A stretch of DNA of 64,000 nucleotides from Thermoproteota archaeon (GTDB taxonomy: Archaea > Korarchaeota > Korarchaeia > Korarchaeales > Korarchaeaceae), in the NCBI GenBank assembly GCA_026986575.1, contig JALSOH010000009.1, positions 192,001 through 256,000 of the forward strand, written 5' to 3'. Below, piece by piece: positions 39,831-49,653 of this stretch (its first letter is position 1; each line of letters opens with the position of its first letter). The notes below the pieces were generated by a model that was not told where the DNA came from, did no database searches, and worked only from the letters and a program-made list of their open reading frames with translations. A program made the position numbers and the translations under genes.

Positions 39831-40111
39831 TTCCCGCTGTAGAACGGTCACCCCTTCCTTCTTTTTGAAACCGTTAAAATTGCCCTCCTACTGAACATCC
39901 AAAATGCGCGACACTAGGCAAGGCCTCCCTGTGAGGAAAGTTTTTCAGAGAACTGGAGCTATATACTAGAATGTTTAACGAGATTCGCCCTACTCGCGCG
40001 ATCCGAATTTGCTTGCGCTCCATGAGATGTTTAGTGTTTAAGGAAGAATGATTGAAACGTCTTCATAAATGATTAATTATCTTATAATCCTTACTCTCTA
40101 ATTGGGGGAAG

Positions 40112-40888
40112 ATGAGAGTAAGGGAGTTCATGAGTAGAGATCCGCTAGTGGTGAGTCCCGATATCACGGTAGCTGAGGCACTGGAGCGGATGAGCGAGAG
40201 AGATGTCTGGAGTCCGATCGTTCTGAAGGAAGGCGAGATTATTGGATTTCTTACGGAGAGGGATGTAATGACCGGAATAATCGCAGCTAGGCTGACTCCT
40301 CACCAAGTAAAAGTGGAGGATGTCATGAGCAGGAGATATGGGGTGCTCAGGCCGGACGAGACGGTGGCCGATGCTGCTAGGGCGATGATGAAGGTGAAGG
40401 CCAGGCTCGTGGTGCTAGATAATGGACAGCTTGCTGGCGTCGTTACGGCAGCTGACATAGTGAGGGCATACGCTGAGACCACCACGACAAGTCCTCCTCT
40501 GAAACCCTACGCCACATGGGAGGTCCTGAAGATCCATTCTCAGGCCAGTGTCAGGGAGGCCGTTAGGATAATGAAGGCGGAGAGAGTTGGTAGCCTCTTG
40601 GTAGAGGAGGAGAGAAAAATCAGGGGCATATTCACCGAGAGGGACGCAGTGAAGAGGTTCCTTGTAGGTGGAGGTGATCCCTGTGATCCGGTCGGCCGGT
40701 ACTCCACCTATGATCTCGTGACCCTAGATGCAGGCGCCACACTAGTTGATGCTGCGAGGTTGATGGCCAGTTCGAGGATAAAGAGGCTCCCCCTCACCTC
40801 TGAGGGAGAGGTAAGGGGAATAATAACGGCTAGGGATGTGGTGGAAGCCATATGGCGGATGACGACGGAGGAGGAGCTGGTGCCCTGA
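40112..40888 (+). CDS. CBS-domain protein (four CBS repeats)
   Basis: GFLTERD, GVVTAAD, GIFTERD and GIITARD. Confidence 0.92.
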   Translation: MRVREFMSRDPLVVSPDITVAEALERMSERDVWSPIVLKEGEIIGFLTERDVMTGIIAARLTPHQVKVEDVMSRRYGVLRPDETVADAARAMMKVKARLVVLDNGQLAGVVTAADIVRAYAETTTTSPPLKPYATWEVLKIHSQASVREAVRIMKAERVGSLLVEEERKIRGIFTERDAVKRFLVGGGDPCDPVGRYSTYDLVTLDAGATLVDAARLMASSRIKRLPLTSEGEVRGIITARDVVEAIWRMTTEEELVP

Positions 40889-40923
40889 GGTCATCCCAGC
40901 TCCAATCCCTGAAGGGTATCAAG

Positions 40924-41157
40924 GTGGTCGGAAAGGTAGTTATGACCAGGCGGCAGTACAAGTGCAACTACGTCCCGCTCGTGAAACTTGCCAGCCTCCT
41001 CACCAAGCTAAAGGAGGGAGAAGGGATACTCGTGGCTATCGAGACTGCTAGATTTAGTATAGAATCAGTTGCAGCCCTGGCGAAGGCTTACGGGGCGAAG
41101 ATAGAGGCCCTGTCATCTGAAGAGGGGCTGGTCACCCTACTCATTAGGAAGGGTTGA
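40924..41157 (+). CDS. TusA/SirA-like sulfur carrier (divergent)
   Basis: YKCNYVPLVKL...LKEGEGILV...LLIRKG matches the TusA fold pattern; start uncertain. Confidence 0.6.
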   Translation: MVGKVVMTRRQYKCNYVPLVKLASLLTKLKEGEGILVAIETARFSIESVAALAKAYGAKIEALSSEEGLVTLLIRKG

Positions 41158-41178
41158 AGGTTTATAGCAGCATTACTC

Positions 41179-41817
41179 GTGAATCGGCCGGATGATGTAG
41201 ATCGTTTTAACATTCCCCTTCCACTCTCACTGATGCATCTTGGAGATTACATCTTCCTCCTGCTGACTGCGGTCATGGGGATTGCGGACTTCATCCCCAC
41301 ACTCCTATACTGGATTCAATCCTTGATGAGTAAGGGTGTCGCTAGGGCCCTAAATGCACCCATAGCCAAAAGGAACTGGCTGGACCGGATCTTTACGATC
41401 ATTTGGGTTGCTGTAGGAGCCGTCAGCCTGCTGGTGAGTAGACCTCCGTCTATCTACACCCTGTTCGTCTTCCTGGCCTTCAAGGGGGGCGCTGACCTAG
41501 GTGCCAAGGTCCTCTACAGCATCCACGACTTCAGGGTACTCAAAGCTGGAACCCCCATGAGGGGAGCACTGCTCATGGCTGTCCTGGTGGCAGCACTACC
41601 CAGCATCATCTTCCTATTGACTTGGAAGCTCTTCTATCAGCTCCTCCTGAACGTGAGCGCCGGTCTTCTCGGGGCCTCGGTCTCCAGAGTCTCGTTGTAT
41701 CTATGGCTTGCTGGGATGGTCTTCGGTGCTGTTTTCGGTGCTCTCAGGTCCCGAGGAGAGGGAGGCATCCTCTTGAGGGGTGAGTTGGCTTTGGTGATGG
41801 GCTCCGTGTTTCTCTGA
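41179..41817 (+). CDS. Hypothetical membrane protein
   Basis: About 5 hydrophobic helices. Confidence 0.7.
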   Translation: MNRPDDVDRFNIPLPLSLMHLGDYIFLLLTAVMGIADFIPTLLYWIQSLMSKGVARALNAPIAKRNWLDRIFTIIWVAVGAVSLLVSRPPSIYTLFVFLAFKGGADLGAKVLYSIHDFRVLKAGTPMRGALLMAVLVAALPSIIFLLTWKLFYQLLLNVSAGLLGASVSRVSLYLWLAGMVFGAVFGALRSRGEGGILLRGELALVMGSVFL

Positions 41818-41860
41818 CCGAAAGGTTTTCAGCCTCTCCCTTCGAAAACTATCGTTGTAG

Positions 41861-43087
41861 GTGTGGCTCATGGACTTGGGTGTGAGGGAGGACTTCCCAA
41901 TCCTACGAATTGAGGTTAACGGTCATCCTCTCATCTACTTCGATAACGCTGCCACAACCCAGAGGCCCATCCAGGTAATAAACGCCATAAAGGAATTTTA
42001 TGAGACCCTCAATGCCAACGTCCACAGGGGGATACACTACCTGAGCAGGGAGGCATCTGAACTCTACGAGGGGGCCCACGAGACCTTATCCAAGTTCATA
42101 AATGCCGACTTCGATGAGGTGGTCTTCACATCTAACACCACGGAGTCCATAAACATGGTGGCATGGGGCTGGGCCATTCATCACCTGGGGGAGGGGGACA
42201 GAATAGTCACCACGGTGATGGAGCATCACAGCAACATGCTACCTTGGAGAACGATAGCCGAGTTGACCGGGGCCGAGGTGGTCTACGCCGATGTGGATGA
42301 GGAGGGAATGCCCCTCATGGACGAACTTGAATCCTTGATAGACGAGAGGACCAAGATTGTGGCTATATCGGGCATGTCCAATGTGACTGGTGCGATTCCC
42401 GACGTTGAGAGGGCCGTCAGGGCCGCTCATCAGGTAGATGCTATCGTGGTGCTCGACGGCGCCCAGATGGTGCCTCACATGCCTGTCGATGTAAGGAAGC
42501 TGGATACGGATTTCCTAGCATTTTCGGGCCATAAGATGCTCGGGCCAACCGGCACGGGAGTCCTCTACGGGAAGAGAGATCTCCTAGAGGAGATGAGACC
42601 GGCTAGGCCCGGAGGGGGTACGATAAGGGATGTCACGCTCGAGGGGGTGGAGTGGGCCGAGCTGCCGTGGAAGCATGAAGGTGGAACTCCCAACATAGCT
42701 GGGGGCATAGGGCTAGCCGAGGCTGCTAGGTACCTCATGAGGGTGGGCATGGACAGGATAAGGGAGCACGAGAAGGAGCTCACTAATAAGGGGATGGAAC
42801 TGCTCTCTGAGATGGAGGGTGTGATCGTCTACGGTCCTAGAGATGTGGAGAGGAGAGGAGGCATCCTCACGTTCAACGTTGAGGGTATGGATCCCCATAT
42901 GGTAGGAGCTCTGCTTGACGCTCGGGGGGTAGCTGTCAGGACCGGGTTGCACTGCGCTCATCCACTACACAGGCGACTGGGAGCTGAAGATGGCACCGTG
43001 AGGGCCAGTCTCTACCTGTACAACACCATGGAGGAGGTTGAGAGGTTCGCCAGCATCCTCAGATCCATCGTTGAGGGAGGGTGGTAA
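41861..43087 (+). CDS. sufS: Cysteine desulfurase (SufS group II)
   Basis: YFDNAATTQ, MEHHSN, FSGHKMLGPTG and RTGLHCA. Confidence 0.95.
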   Translation: MWLMDLGVREDFPILRIEVNGHPLIYFDNAATTQRPIQVINAIKEFYETLNANVHRGIHYLSREASELYEGAHETLSKFINADFDEVVFTSNTTESINMVAWGWAIHHLGEGDRIVTTVMEHHSNMLPWRTIAELTGAEVVYADVDEEGMPLMDELESLIDERTKIVAISGMSNVTGAIPDVERAVRAAHQVDAIVVLDGAQMVPHMPVDVRKLDTDFLAFSGHKMLGPTGTGVLYGKRDLLEEMRPARPGGGTIRDVTLEGVEWAELPWKHEGGTPNIAGGIGLAEAARYLMRVGMDRIREHEKELTNKGMELLSEMEGVIVYGPRDVERRGGILTFNVEGMDPHMVGALLDARGVAVRTGLHCAHPLHRRLGAEDGTVRASLYLYNTMEEVERFASILRSIVEGGW

Positions 43088-43126
43088 TCTTTATCTAAAC
43101 TTGTTTCTTATAACAATGGTGAATTA

Positions 43127-43582
43127 ATGATAGGCGTCGGATCCGAGGCACCCGACTTTACTCTCCCCGATCAGTTCGGCGAGGAAGTGAGCCTCTCGAA
43201 CTTCAGGGGAAAGAGGGTCGTTATATCCTTTCATCCACTCGCTTGGACGAGCGTCTGTGAGGAGCAGGTGAGGGATCTCGAAAGCCTCCACAGTGAGCTG
43301 ACGGAACTCAATGCTGTAGCCCTGAGTATAAGCGTGGATCCCGTTCCCACGAAGAGGGCGTGGGCCAAGCACATGGGCGTGGTGAAGACACCCCTACTAT
43401 CGGACTTCTGGCCCCATGGAGAGACTGCTCGCGCGTACGGGCTGTTCGATGAGGAGAGGGGGATCTCAGGAAGAGCTGTTGTGGTTGTCGACGAGGAGGG
43501 CAGGGTGATCTACGCTAGGGAATATCCCCTTAGGGAGAAGCCAGATATGAGGGAGGTCCTCGAGTTCCTCAGGTCCAAGTGA
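43127..43582 (+). CDS. Peroxiredoxin (AhpE-like)
   Basis: FHPLAWTSVC and SDFWPHG. Confidence 0.9.
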   Translation: MIGVGSEAPDFTLPDQFGEEVSLSNFRGKRVVISFHPLAWTSVCEEQVRDLESLHSELTELNAVALSISVDPVPTKRAWAKHMGVVKTPLLSDFWPHGETARAYGLFDEERGISGRAVVVVDEEGRVIYAREYPLREKPDMREVLEFLRSK

Positions 43583-43787
43583 CGCGGTCAGCGCCCTTAG
43601 GAGGACGGGGTGATCTCCACCAGAAGCAACTCCCCATCCCGAACTCGCTTGATCGATTCAATGATCTTCAATTAGTTCGTCCGAGGCCGTTTCCGTGCAG
43701 GCCGTGCGTATCCGACTGTACTCAAGTGCAAATAAGACAGATGCCTGCTTATAAACAGCGTAATATCGTCAAGTGCCTAGTGAGATT

Positions 43788-45377
43788 ATGAGCTTCCTGA
43801 AGAAGCAGTGGCCTTGGTGGACCGCCGGTGTACTGACCGGCCTTGCTGAGGCCATAAATTACTGGTTCCTCCCCTTAGGGCACCCTAAGCACAAGTTCAT
43901 AGGCGTGACTTCAGGAATGGCTAGGATGCTGGCCGGCTTGGAGGCCAGGCTCACGGGGCACAGCCTAATCGCCACCAAACCGGACTACCAGCCCGACATA
44001 CAGTGGGTGATACTAGGTGCTATTCTGACGGGGCTTGTTCTGGCCTACCTAGAGGAGGACATAAGGAGCTGGGTGAGGTATCCCAAGGGCTTCCTCGTAT
44101 TCACCGCTCTAGGAGCCTTCATGTTCGCTTGGGGCACCAGGGTTGCAGGAGGGTGTACGCTGCACCACCTCCTAGGAGGCTGGGCGGCGATGAATGTGAA
44201 GAGTTTCGTGGTGATGATCACCGCGACGATTGCAGCAGGGATAGGCATAATGATAATGAGCAAGTTCGGACTGGTCCAGTACTTCAAGTCCCAGGACACC
44301 AAGTGGTACGTGGAGGATGCGAAGAAGAGGGGATGGGCTGATGGCCTTACATTGGACTTCAACTACAACCCAGGGAGGGATTGGCTGAGGGTCCTGCTCT
44401 ATGCGTTCTGGGCTGTTTTCGCGCTGGTCATACTAGCCAACGCCCTGTTCGGCATTGACTATGCTGTCCAGATGGGATGGGCAGAGAGCTTGGCCAAGAC
44501 CAAGATAGCGAAGCACATGCTCACACCTCAGAACCTGCCCAACATAATCATGCTAATGGTGGTCGGTGGTCTCCTTGGTGCAAGCGTGGCCAAGACCGGA
44601 ATAGGTACTGAGTGCGCCGTTTTGAACGCGGAGATGGGTCCCATAATAGAGAAGGACGAGTTGAAGTTCGCGAGGAGATGGAAGATGCCCTACTCGATAA
44701 GGACCATATTCATGGGGATGCAACCCTTCACCGCCCTCGCGGTTCACATAATCATAGCGAGCACGGCGTTTTTCGTGGGCTTTGCCCTCTTCGGTATCAT
44801 GGAAGGCCATCACTGGGCCACGAAGGAGTTCGCAGAGGCCTTCGCCCGCGCCACCGGTTTGGAGTTCCACAAGACGGGTGTGGCCATAAGGGAGATGACT
44901 ACCCTACCGATGGACATATTCGGCGGCTTCCTCTTGGGGATGGGCACCGTGTTCATGCTGGGGTGCGAGTTCAGGAACTACGGAAGGACAGGTCTCCTCT
45001 ACATAACTGGACTACTGATATGGCCGTTCTTCTATCTAGGTTACCTGCCTTACACCCTTGCTAGAGACTTCTGGGATGGTCTGATGGCTTGCTGCTCTTA
45101 CTCCCCGACCACGTTCCTGCCAGCGCTCATAACCATGGACAGAACTGGGCAGATAGTGGTGTGGGCCCTGTACATCCTGCTCTGGGTGGCTTTGCTGGTG
45201 TGGGCCCTCAGGTTTGGGGCCAAGAAGCTCGGCGTCTCTGTGAAGGACTTACTCACTAAGAACTCCGAAGAGCTCTACATTCAGAGGATAAAGCTTCTCC
45301 AAGAGAGAGATCCTAAGTACTTCGAGGAGCTCGGCAGGGTGGAGAGGGAGCTAGCCAAGGAGGCAGCTTCCCTCTGA
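43788..45377 (+). CDS. YeeE/YedE-family sulfur-compound (thiosulfate) transporter
   Basis: GTRVAGGCTLHH, GTECA and GMG...LGCE conserved Cys motifs; multiple TM helices. Confidence 0.85.
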   Translation: MSFLKKQWPWWTAGVLTGLAEAINYWFLPLGHPKHKFIGVTSGMARMLAGLEARLTGHSLIATKPDYQPDIQWVILGAILTGLVLAYLEEDIRSWVRYPKGFLVFTALGAFMFAWGTRVAGGCTLHHLLGGWAAMNVKSFVVMITATIAAGIGIMIMSKFGLVQYFKSQDTKWYVEDAKKRGWADGLTLDFNYNPGRDWLRVLLYAFWAVFALVILANALFGIDYAVQMGWAESLAKTKIAKHMLTPQNLPNIIMLMVVGGLLGASVAKTGIGTECAVLNAEMGPIIEKDELKFARRWKMPYSIRTIFMGMQPFTALAVHIIIASTAFFVGFALFGIMEGHHWATKEFAEAFARATGLEFHKTGVAIREMTTLPMDIFGGFLLGMGTVFMLGCEFRNYGRTGLLYITGLLIWPFFYLGYLPYTLARDFWDGLMACCSYSPTTFLPALITMDRTGQIVVWALYILLWVALLVWALRFGAKKLGVSVKDLLTKNSEELYIQRIKLLQERDPKYFEELGRVERELAKEAASL

Positions 45378-45400
45378 ACACCTTCCTTTTACCTTTTTAT
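45378..45400 (+). terminator. U-rich terminator
   Basis: ccttccttttacctttttat after the stop. Confidence 0.5.
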
Positions 45401-45410
45401 CTGACCATCC

Positions 45411-45968
45411 TTGCTGAGAGGGAGTTGGATGGAGGTAAAGGCCATCTGGTTGAGGAGGCTCGCGGACATTTCGGGGATGATGGCCTTCTTCCCGCTGCTG
45501 TCCCTGATATCCTACGTATCCGAACTGGTTGGACTGACCTTGGCGCTCCACCTCTACTTGACACTCACCGTCGCATTAGCTTCAATATTTCTCTGGAAGG
45601 TCAGGTGGCCGGATCCACGGAGGACCACGCTCTCGGCTCTGGTGATGGGCCTGAGCGCGGTCCTACTGATCGCCGCCCTAGTCCCAAATACACATTCCGG
45701 GATGATGTCCAACTTGGGCACCGTCGCTTCCATGCTCGTGATGGGGTTATACGCCCATAGCGTTGCTAGAGTGACCGGCATCAGGAAGTTGGATAGATTT
45801 GGAGGTCTGGTCGTTCTGGGGTCATTCCTCATCGTGATAAGGGAAAGCTTGATTGTCCTGATCGCGCTGCTCCTCCTCAGCTTGGGATTAGGAGGGATAA
45901 GTCAGTATCTCAGGATGGTTCTGGCCCTATCCAAGCAGGGAGGTTGGAAAGGAGCGAGTGGGGGCTGA
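45411..45968 (+). CDS. Membrane protein (DUF996-like)
   Basis: About 6 TM helices; resembles the downstream paralog. Confidence 0.65.
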   Translation: MLRGSWMEVKAIWLRRLADISGMMAFFPLLSLISYVSELVGLTLALHLYLTLTVALASIFLWKVRWPDPRRTTLSALVMGLSAVLLIAALVPNTHSGMMSNLGTVASMLVMGLYAHSVARVTGIRKLDRFGGLVVLGSFLIVIRESLIVLIALLLLSLGLGGISQYLRMVLALSKQGGWKGASGG

Positions 45969-46061
45969 GCCAAGATCTAGGGAATGGTGGAGATGCAACC
46001 AAAGATAGCCTGAGGATGTCCCCTCTTTGCTTTTTATTATACTAGGGGGTATGGGATTAGA

Positions 46062-46583
46062 ATGGATCCTCTGGAGCACATGTCAGCCGCGCTTATGATG
46101 GCCTCTCTCTATCCAGTGCTGGTCGTCGTTGCGGTCCTCATGATAAGCCTGCCCGTGTTGGCCATAGTTGAGATGTACTTCCTCATCACCTTCCTCTACC
46201 TCTCCGCATCCACTTACATGACGGGGAAATCCTTGGGTTCCAAGAGGCTCACCGTCTACTCCTCACTCGTGATCCTAGTCTTGGCAGTAAGTGAGATAGC
46301 TATATGGATTGTCAGACCTTCGGAGATCACGGGTCTATCTGTCCTCCTATCCAAGGCGGTGGTCTACCTGCTCACTGGTTCGTCCCTCATGCTCCTGTCC
46401 TCGCTGCTCCGAATAGACAGGTTGAAGATCCAAGGGCTCGTGGTAGTCGTGGGAAGCGGCCTGGTAGTGATCCCCTATCCGATCTCTGCCATCACCGGCC
46501 TCGTACTCATGTTCTTGGGATGCTGGTCATCCTCGCATCTAATAGCGATGACTCGAGGGAAGGCACGAGAAGGGGAGCAGTAA
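46062..46583 (+). CDS. Membrane protein (DUF996-like)
   Basis: About 6 TM helices; resembles the upstream paralog. Confidence 0.65.
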   Translation: MDPLEHMSAALMMASLYPVLVVVAVLMISLPVLAIVEMYFLITFLYLSASTYMTGKSLGSKRLTVYSSLVILVLAVSEIAIWIVRPSEITGLSVLLSKAVVYLLTGSSLMLLSSLLRIDRLKIQGLVVVVGSGLVVIPYPISAITGLVLMFLGCWSSSHLIAMTRGKAREGEQ

Positions 46584-46613
46584 GGCTTATCCGGTCTTGG
46601 GAGGGGTGGTCCC

Positions 46614-47411
46614 GTGGGCTCGGTGCTCGATCTCGCCATCTCGGTGCTAAGGGATCTGTCCGGCGATGATGTGATAGTGGCGAGCTTCTACTCCGGCCTT
46701 TTCGTAGCCATGACCACCACCTTGGGCTCTGTACCTGTTCTCGCTAGGAGAAAAGGTAAGGATATGGAAATGACACTCTCCTTGGCGTTTGCAGCCGGGG
46801 TCATGCTCGTAGCGAGCTTCACCAGCCTGATACTGCCAGCCCTCGAGATGACGGACTTCTACGTGGTGGGCGTTGGGATACTTCTGGGGGTCCTCACCAT
46901 ATTCGCCGTGGACAGGTTGATCCCACACGAGCACTTCCTCAAGGGATACGAGGGTCCCGAGCATGGGAGGAGGATGTTGAAGAGGATCTGGCTGATAGCG
47001 ATGGCGATGTTGATACATAACCTGCCAGAGGGCCTTGCGGTTGGGACGACGATGGCCTACTCGGTCCCGGTGGGCGTGGCCACGGCAGTGGCAATAGGCG
47101 TTCAGGACATGCCCGAAGGGCTAGCAGTAGCCCTTCCCGTCGCCGAACTCAGAGGCAGGTGGATGGGATTCGTGATTGGGGCCCTCAGCGGTTTAAGTGA
47201 GATGATCATGGTCCTAGTAGGTGCATCCCTCTTCTCTCACTTCAAGGTGATCCTCCCTCTCGGCATGGCCTTCTCCGGGGGGGCGATGCTATACGTAACC
47301 CTCAAGGAAGCTATTCCCGAGATATACGGGGAGGGCTCGTCCGAGCTAAAGGCCACTATCGGATTGCTGGCGGGCTTCTACCTGATGCTCTTCTTGGATT
47401 CAATGCTCTGA
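46614..47411 (+). CDS. ZIP-family metal transporter (GufA/ZupT-like)
   Basis: FAAGVML, PHEH, IHNLPEGLAVG and QDMPEG. Confidence 0.93.
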   Translation: MGSVLDLAISVLRDLSGDDVIVASFYSGLFVAMTTTLGSVPVLARRKGKDMEMTLSLAFAAGVMLVASFTSLILPALEMTDFYVVGVGILLGVLTIFAVDRLIPHEHFLKGYEGPEHGRRMLKRIWLIAMAMLIHNLPEGLAVGTTMAYSVPVGVATAVAIGVQDMPEGLAVALPVAELRGRWMGFVIGALSGLSEMIMVLVGASLFSHFKVILPLGMAFSGGAMLYVTLKEAIPEIYGEGSSELKATIGLLAGFYLMLFLDSML

Positions 47412-48314
47412 TTCCCCACTGTCCAGAGCTGGGGTCGGAAGCTTCTCCTCAATCACGTAGGGCATCCTCGCCCTAGATACCACGAACGGAGACTTCATCT
47501 CCTCTAGGTATCGGAGGGCTATCCTCTTCCCCAGCCTGGTGAGCGCGAACACCGGTATCCCTATCCCCAGCTGCATCAGGGCCCTCCTCCTAATCCTCCT
47601 GAGGACAAGCCTCGAGGCGCTCGAGCATACTATGTCAGCCATCTCCAAGTACCTTAAATGCTCCTCAGGGACCAAGGTGTTGCATGTCGAGAAGATCGCT
47701 AGTTTCGCTCCCTCAACACTCTCCTCCAATTCCCTCAATTGCGGGATTATCTCCGCGTTCAATCCGATTACGGTAACAGCCACCCTCCTGAAACCCTCCC
47801 GGAAGGCCCTCCTCACCCCTTCAACCTGATCTATCCTCGGCGGATCGAGCACCTCCCCACCCATACCCTCTACCCTCCTGACCACCTTGAGTATCGGAGT
47901 TGTCCTGATGAGACCGGTCATGGCGGCGCCTATGCCTTGCACCAATTCCGGGTTCTCGGTGATCACGGTACCGACCCCATCGCAAACCACCACCGCCGCA
48001 TCGAGGATCTCACCCATGACCGCACTTATCATCTCTGAACTTCCGAACGGAACGATCCTGTCGGACTTCAAGGACCTGTGCGGACAGAAGTGACCGTACT
48101 CCTCGATCTTTCTCTTTATTATCCTCCTGACAGCTTCCCTGTCCACCCTATCTATCCCATAAACGGCCCTGACGTAGGGACAGCTGACTACAGCGGGATC
48201 AGTAAGTACCTCGACTTTACAGCCCCTGATTCTCACCCTAGCTCCTCTGCAGAGGAGTTCGTGGACCGGTTCCCCCAATCTCTGATCCGCCTTCTCGTCG
48301 GTCAAGCCACTCAC
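47400..48314 (-). CDS. DUF2099 / methanogenesis marker 8 family protein
   Basis: FGSSE, AAVVVCDGVGTVI..NPELVQGIG..M.GL..TTPI and IDQVEGV. Confidence 0.85.
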   Translation of the reverse strand: MSGLTDEKADQRLGEPVHELLCRGARVRIRGCKVEVLTDPAVVSCPYVRAVYGIDRVDREAVRRIIKRKIEEYGHFCPHRSLKSDRIVPFGSSEMISAVMGEILDAAVVVCDGVGTVITENPELVQGIGAAMTGLIRTTPILKVVRRVEGMGGEVLDPPRIDQVEGVRRAFREGFRRVAVTVIGLNAEIIPQLRELEESVEGAKLAIFSTCNTLVPEEHLRYLEMADIVCSSASRLVLRRIRRRALMQLGIGIPVFALTRLGKRIALRYLEEMKSPFVVSRARMPYVIEEKLPTPALDSGESEH

Positions 48315-48480
48315 CAGTACGTAGGACGACTCCTGACAAAAGGGATAAAGATTGTCGGTGATTTATCCCAACTTAGGATGGGACTGCCCGTTCGTCCAAT
48401 AGAAAGGTAGTTTTGTGTTAGAGTTGATTGACTGTTTGCAAGGGCTCTCATTAACTTTATTGATCCAAAATCCTCGGGGA

Positions 48481-49653
48481 TCAACTTCCGCCCGACCCTA
48501 TAGAGTTCAGCCTGTAAATGCACGCAAGATCCTCGCCCAGTATGTCCCCAGTCAATGCAAGGGCCCTAGCTCTACTACCGCCGCATACGTGTCTGTACTC
48601 GCAGCTCCCGCATCTCCCCCTGAATTCAGCCCTCTTAATCCTTCTCAGGATCTCGTTCTCCCTGTATATCCTCACGATGTCCTCAGACCTCACGTTACCC
48701 AGTCTGTAAGGCGCGAAACCGCTGGGGTACACATCCCCGTTGTATGAGACGAATAGAATACCATATCCGTCCCTAGTTTGAGCTGATCTCATTGAGGGCT
48801 TCCCCATTTGAGGACCCATCAGGTCTGTGAGTCTCCTCGTGAGCCTTCTGTAGAGGTCTCCCAACCCGTGCTTCCGGGCGATCCTGTCCACGTAATCACC
48901 ACCGCCACTCACATCCTCCACCATCTCCCCCCTCCTAGTGAGGTAGACCCTTCTGAAGAACGGAGCCTCGACGGTCCTCACCTCAATCCCGTACTTGGAG
49001 ACCTCGAAGAGGAAGTGAACCACATCCTCGTACTCCCGGGGGGATAGGTCCGTTAGCTCCACCCCCCTACCCACCTTGATTAGGAAGAAGAGCTCCCAGA
49101 TCTTCACGCCCAGCCCGGTGAGGAGGTGAGCTATTTCCGGGAGATCGATCACGCTCTCCTTTGATACGAGGGTGTTAACTTGAAGTATCCACCTATCGCC
49201 GTCATCAGCGAGCCCCCTTAGAACCTCAAGCGTGGCCTCGAAGTGGCCCCGAACCCCTCTTATGTAATCGTGCGTCTCACGCATGCCGTCCAGGCTTATT
49301 GATATGAAGCGAACTCCGTACCTCGAGAGCATTTCCAGCGAGCTCAAGAGTTTCTCGGTTACCGCCGGGGCTATGCCCACCCTCAAGCCCGAATTCCTCG
49401 CGTACCTCAAGATCTCCTCCAAGTCCTCCCTCATTAGTGGATCCCCGCCGGTGAGAATCAACACAGGATAGGGCTCGCCGAATCCCCTGATCTGATCGAT
49501 CAGCTCCTTACCCTCCTCCGTAGAGAGTTCCCCAGGCAGAGGATTGGGAATAGCCTCGGCACGACAATGCCTGCACTTCAGGAGGCAGGCCTTGGTCATC
49601 TCCCAGAAGATTAGTATGGGTTTCTCATCTAAGTTCAGTCTTGAATGAGGCAT
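48481..49653 (-). CDS. Radical SAM/SPASM protein (TIGR04053 / AhbD-NirJ-like)
   Basis: WEMTKACLLKCRHCRA, TGGDPLMR, DG..ILFVSYNGDVYPSGF and CGSCEYRHVCGGSRARA; start MPHSRL inferred. Confidence 0.88.
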   Translation of the reverse strand: MPHSRLNLDEKPILIFWEMTKACLLKCRHCRAEAIPNPLPGELSTEEGKELIDQIRGFGEPYPVLILTGGDPLMREDLEEILRYARNSGLRVGIAPAVTEKLLSSLEMLSRYGVRFISISLDGMRETHDYIRGVRGHFEATLEVLRGLADDGDRWILQVNTLVSKESVIDLPEIAHLLTGLGVKIWELFFLIKVGRGVELTDLSPREYEDVVHFLFEVSKYGIEVRTVEAPFFRRVYLTRRGEMVEDVSGGGDYVDRIARKHGLGDLYRRLTRRLTDLMGPQMGKPSMRSAQTRDGYGILFVSYNGDVYPSGFAPYRLGNVRSEDIVRIYRENEILRRIKRAEFRGRCGSCEYRHVCGGSRARALALTGDILGEDLACIYRLNSIGSGGS

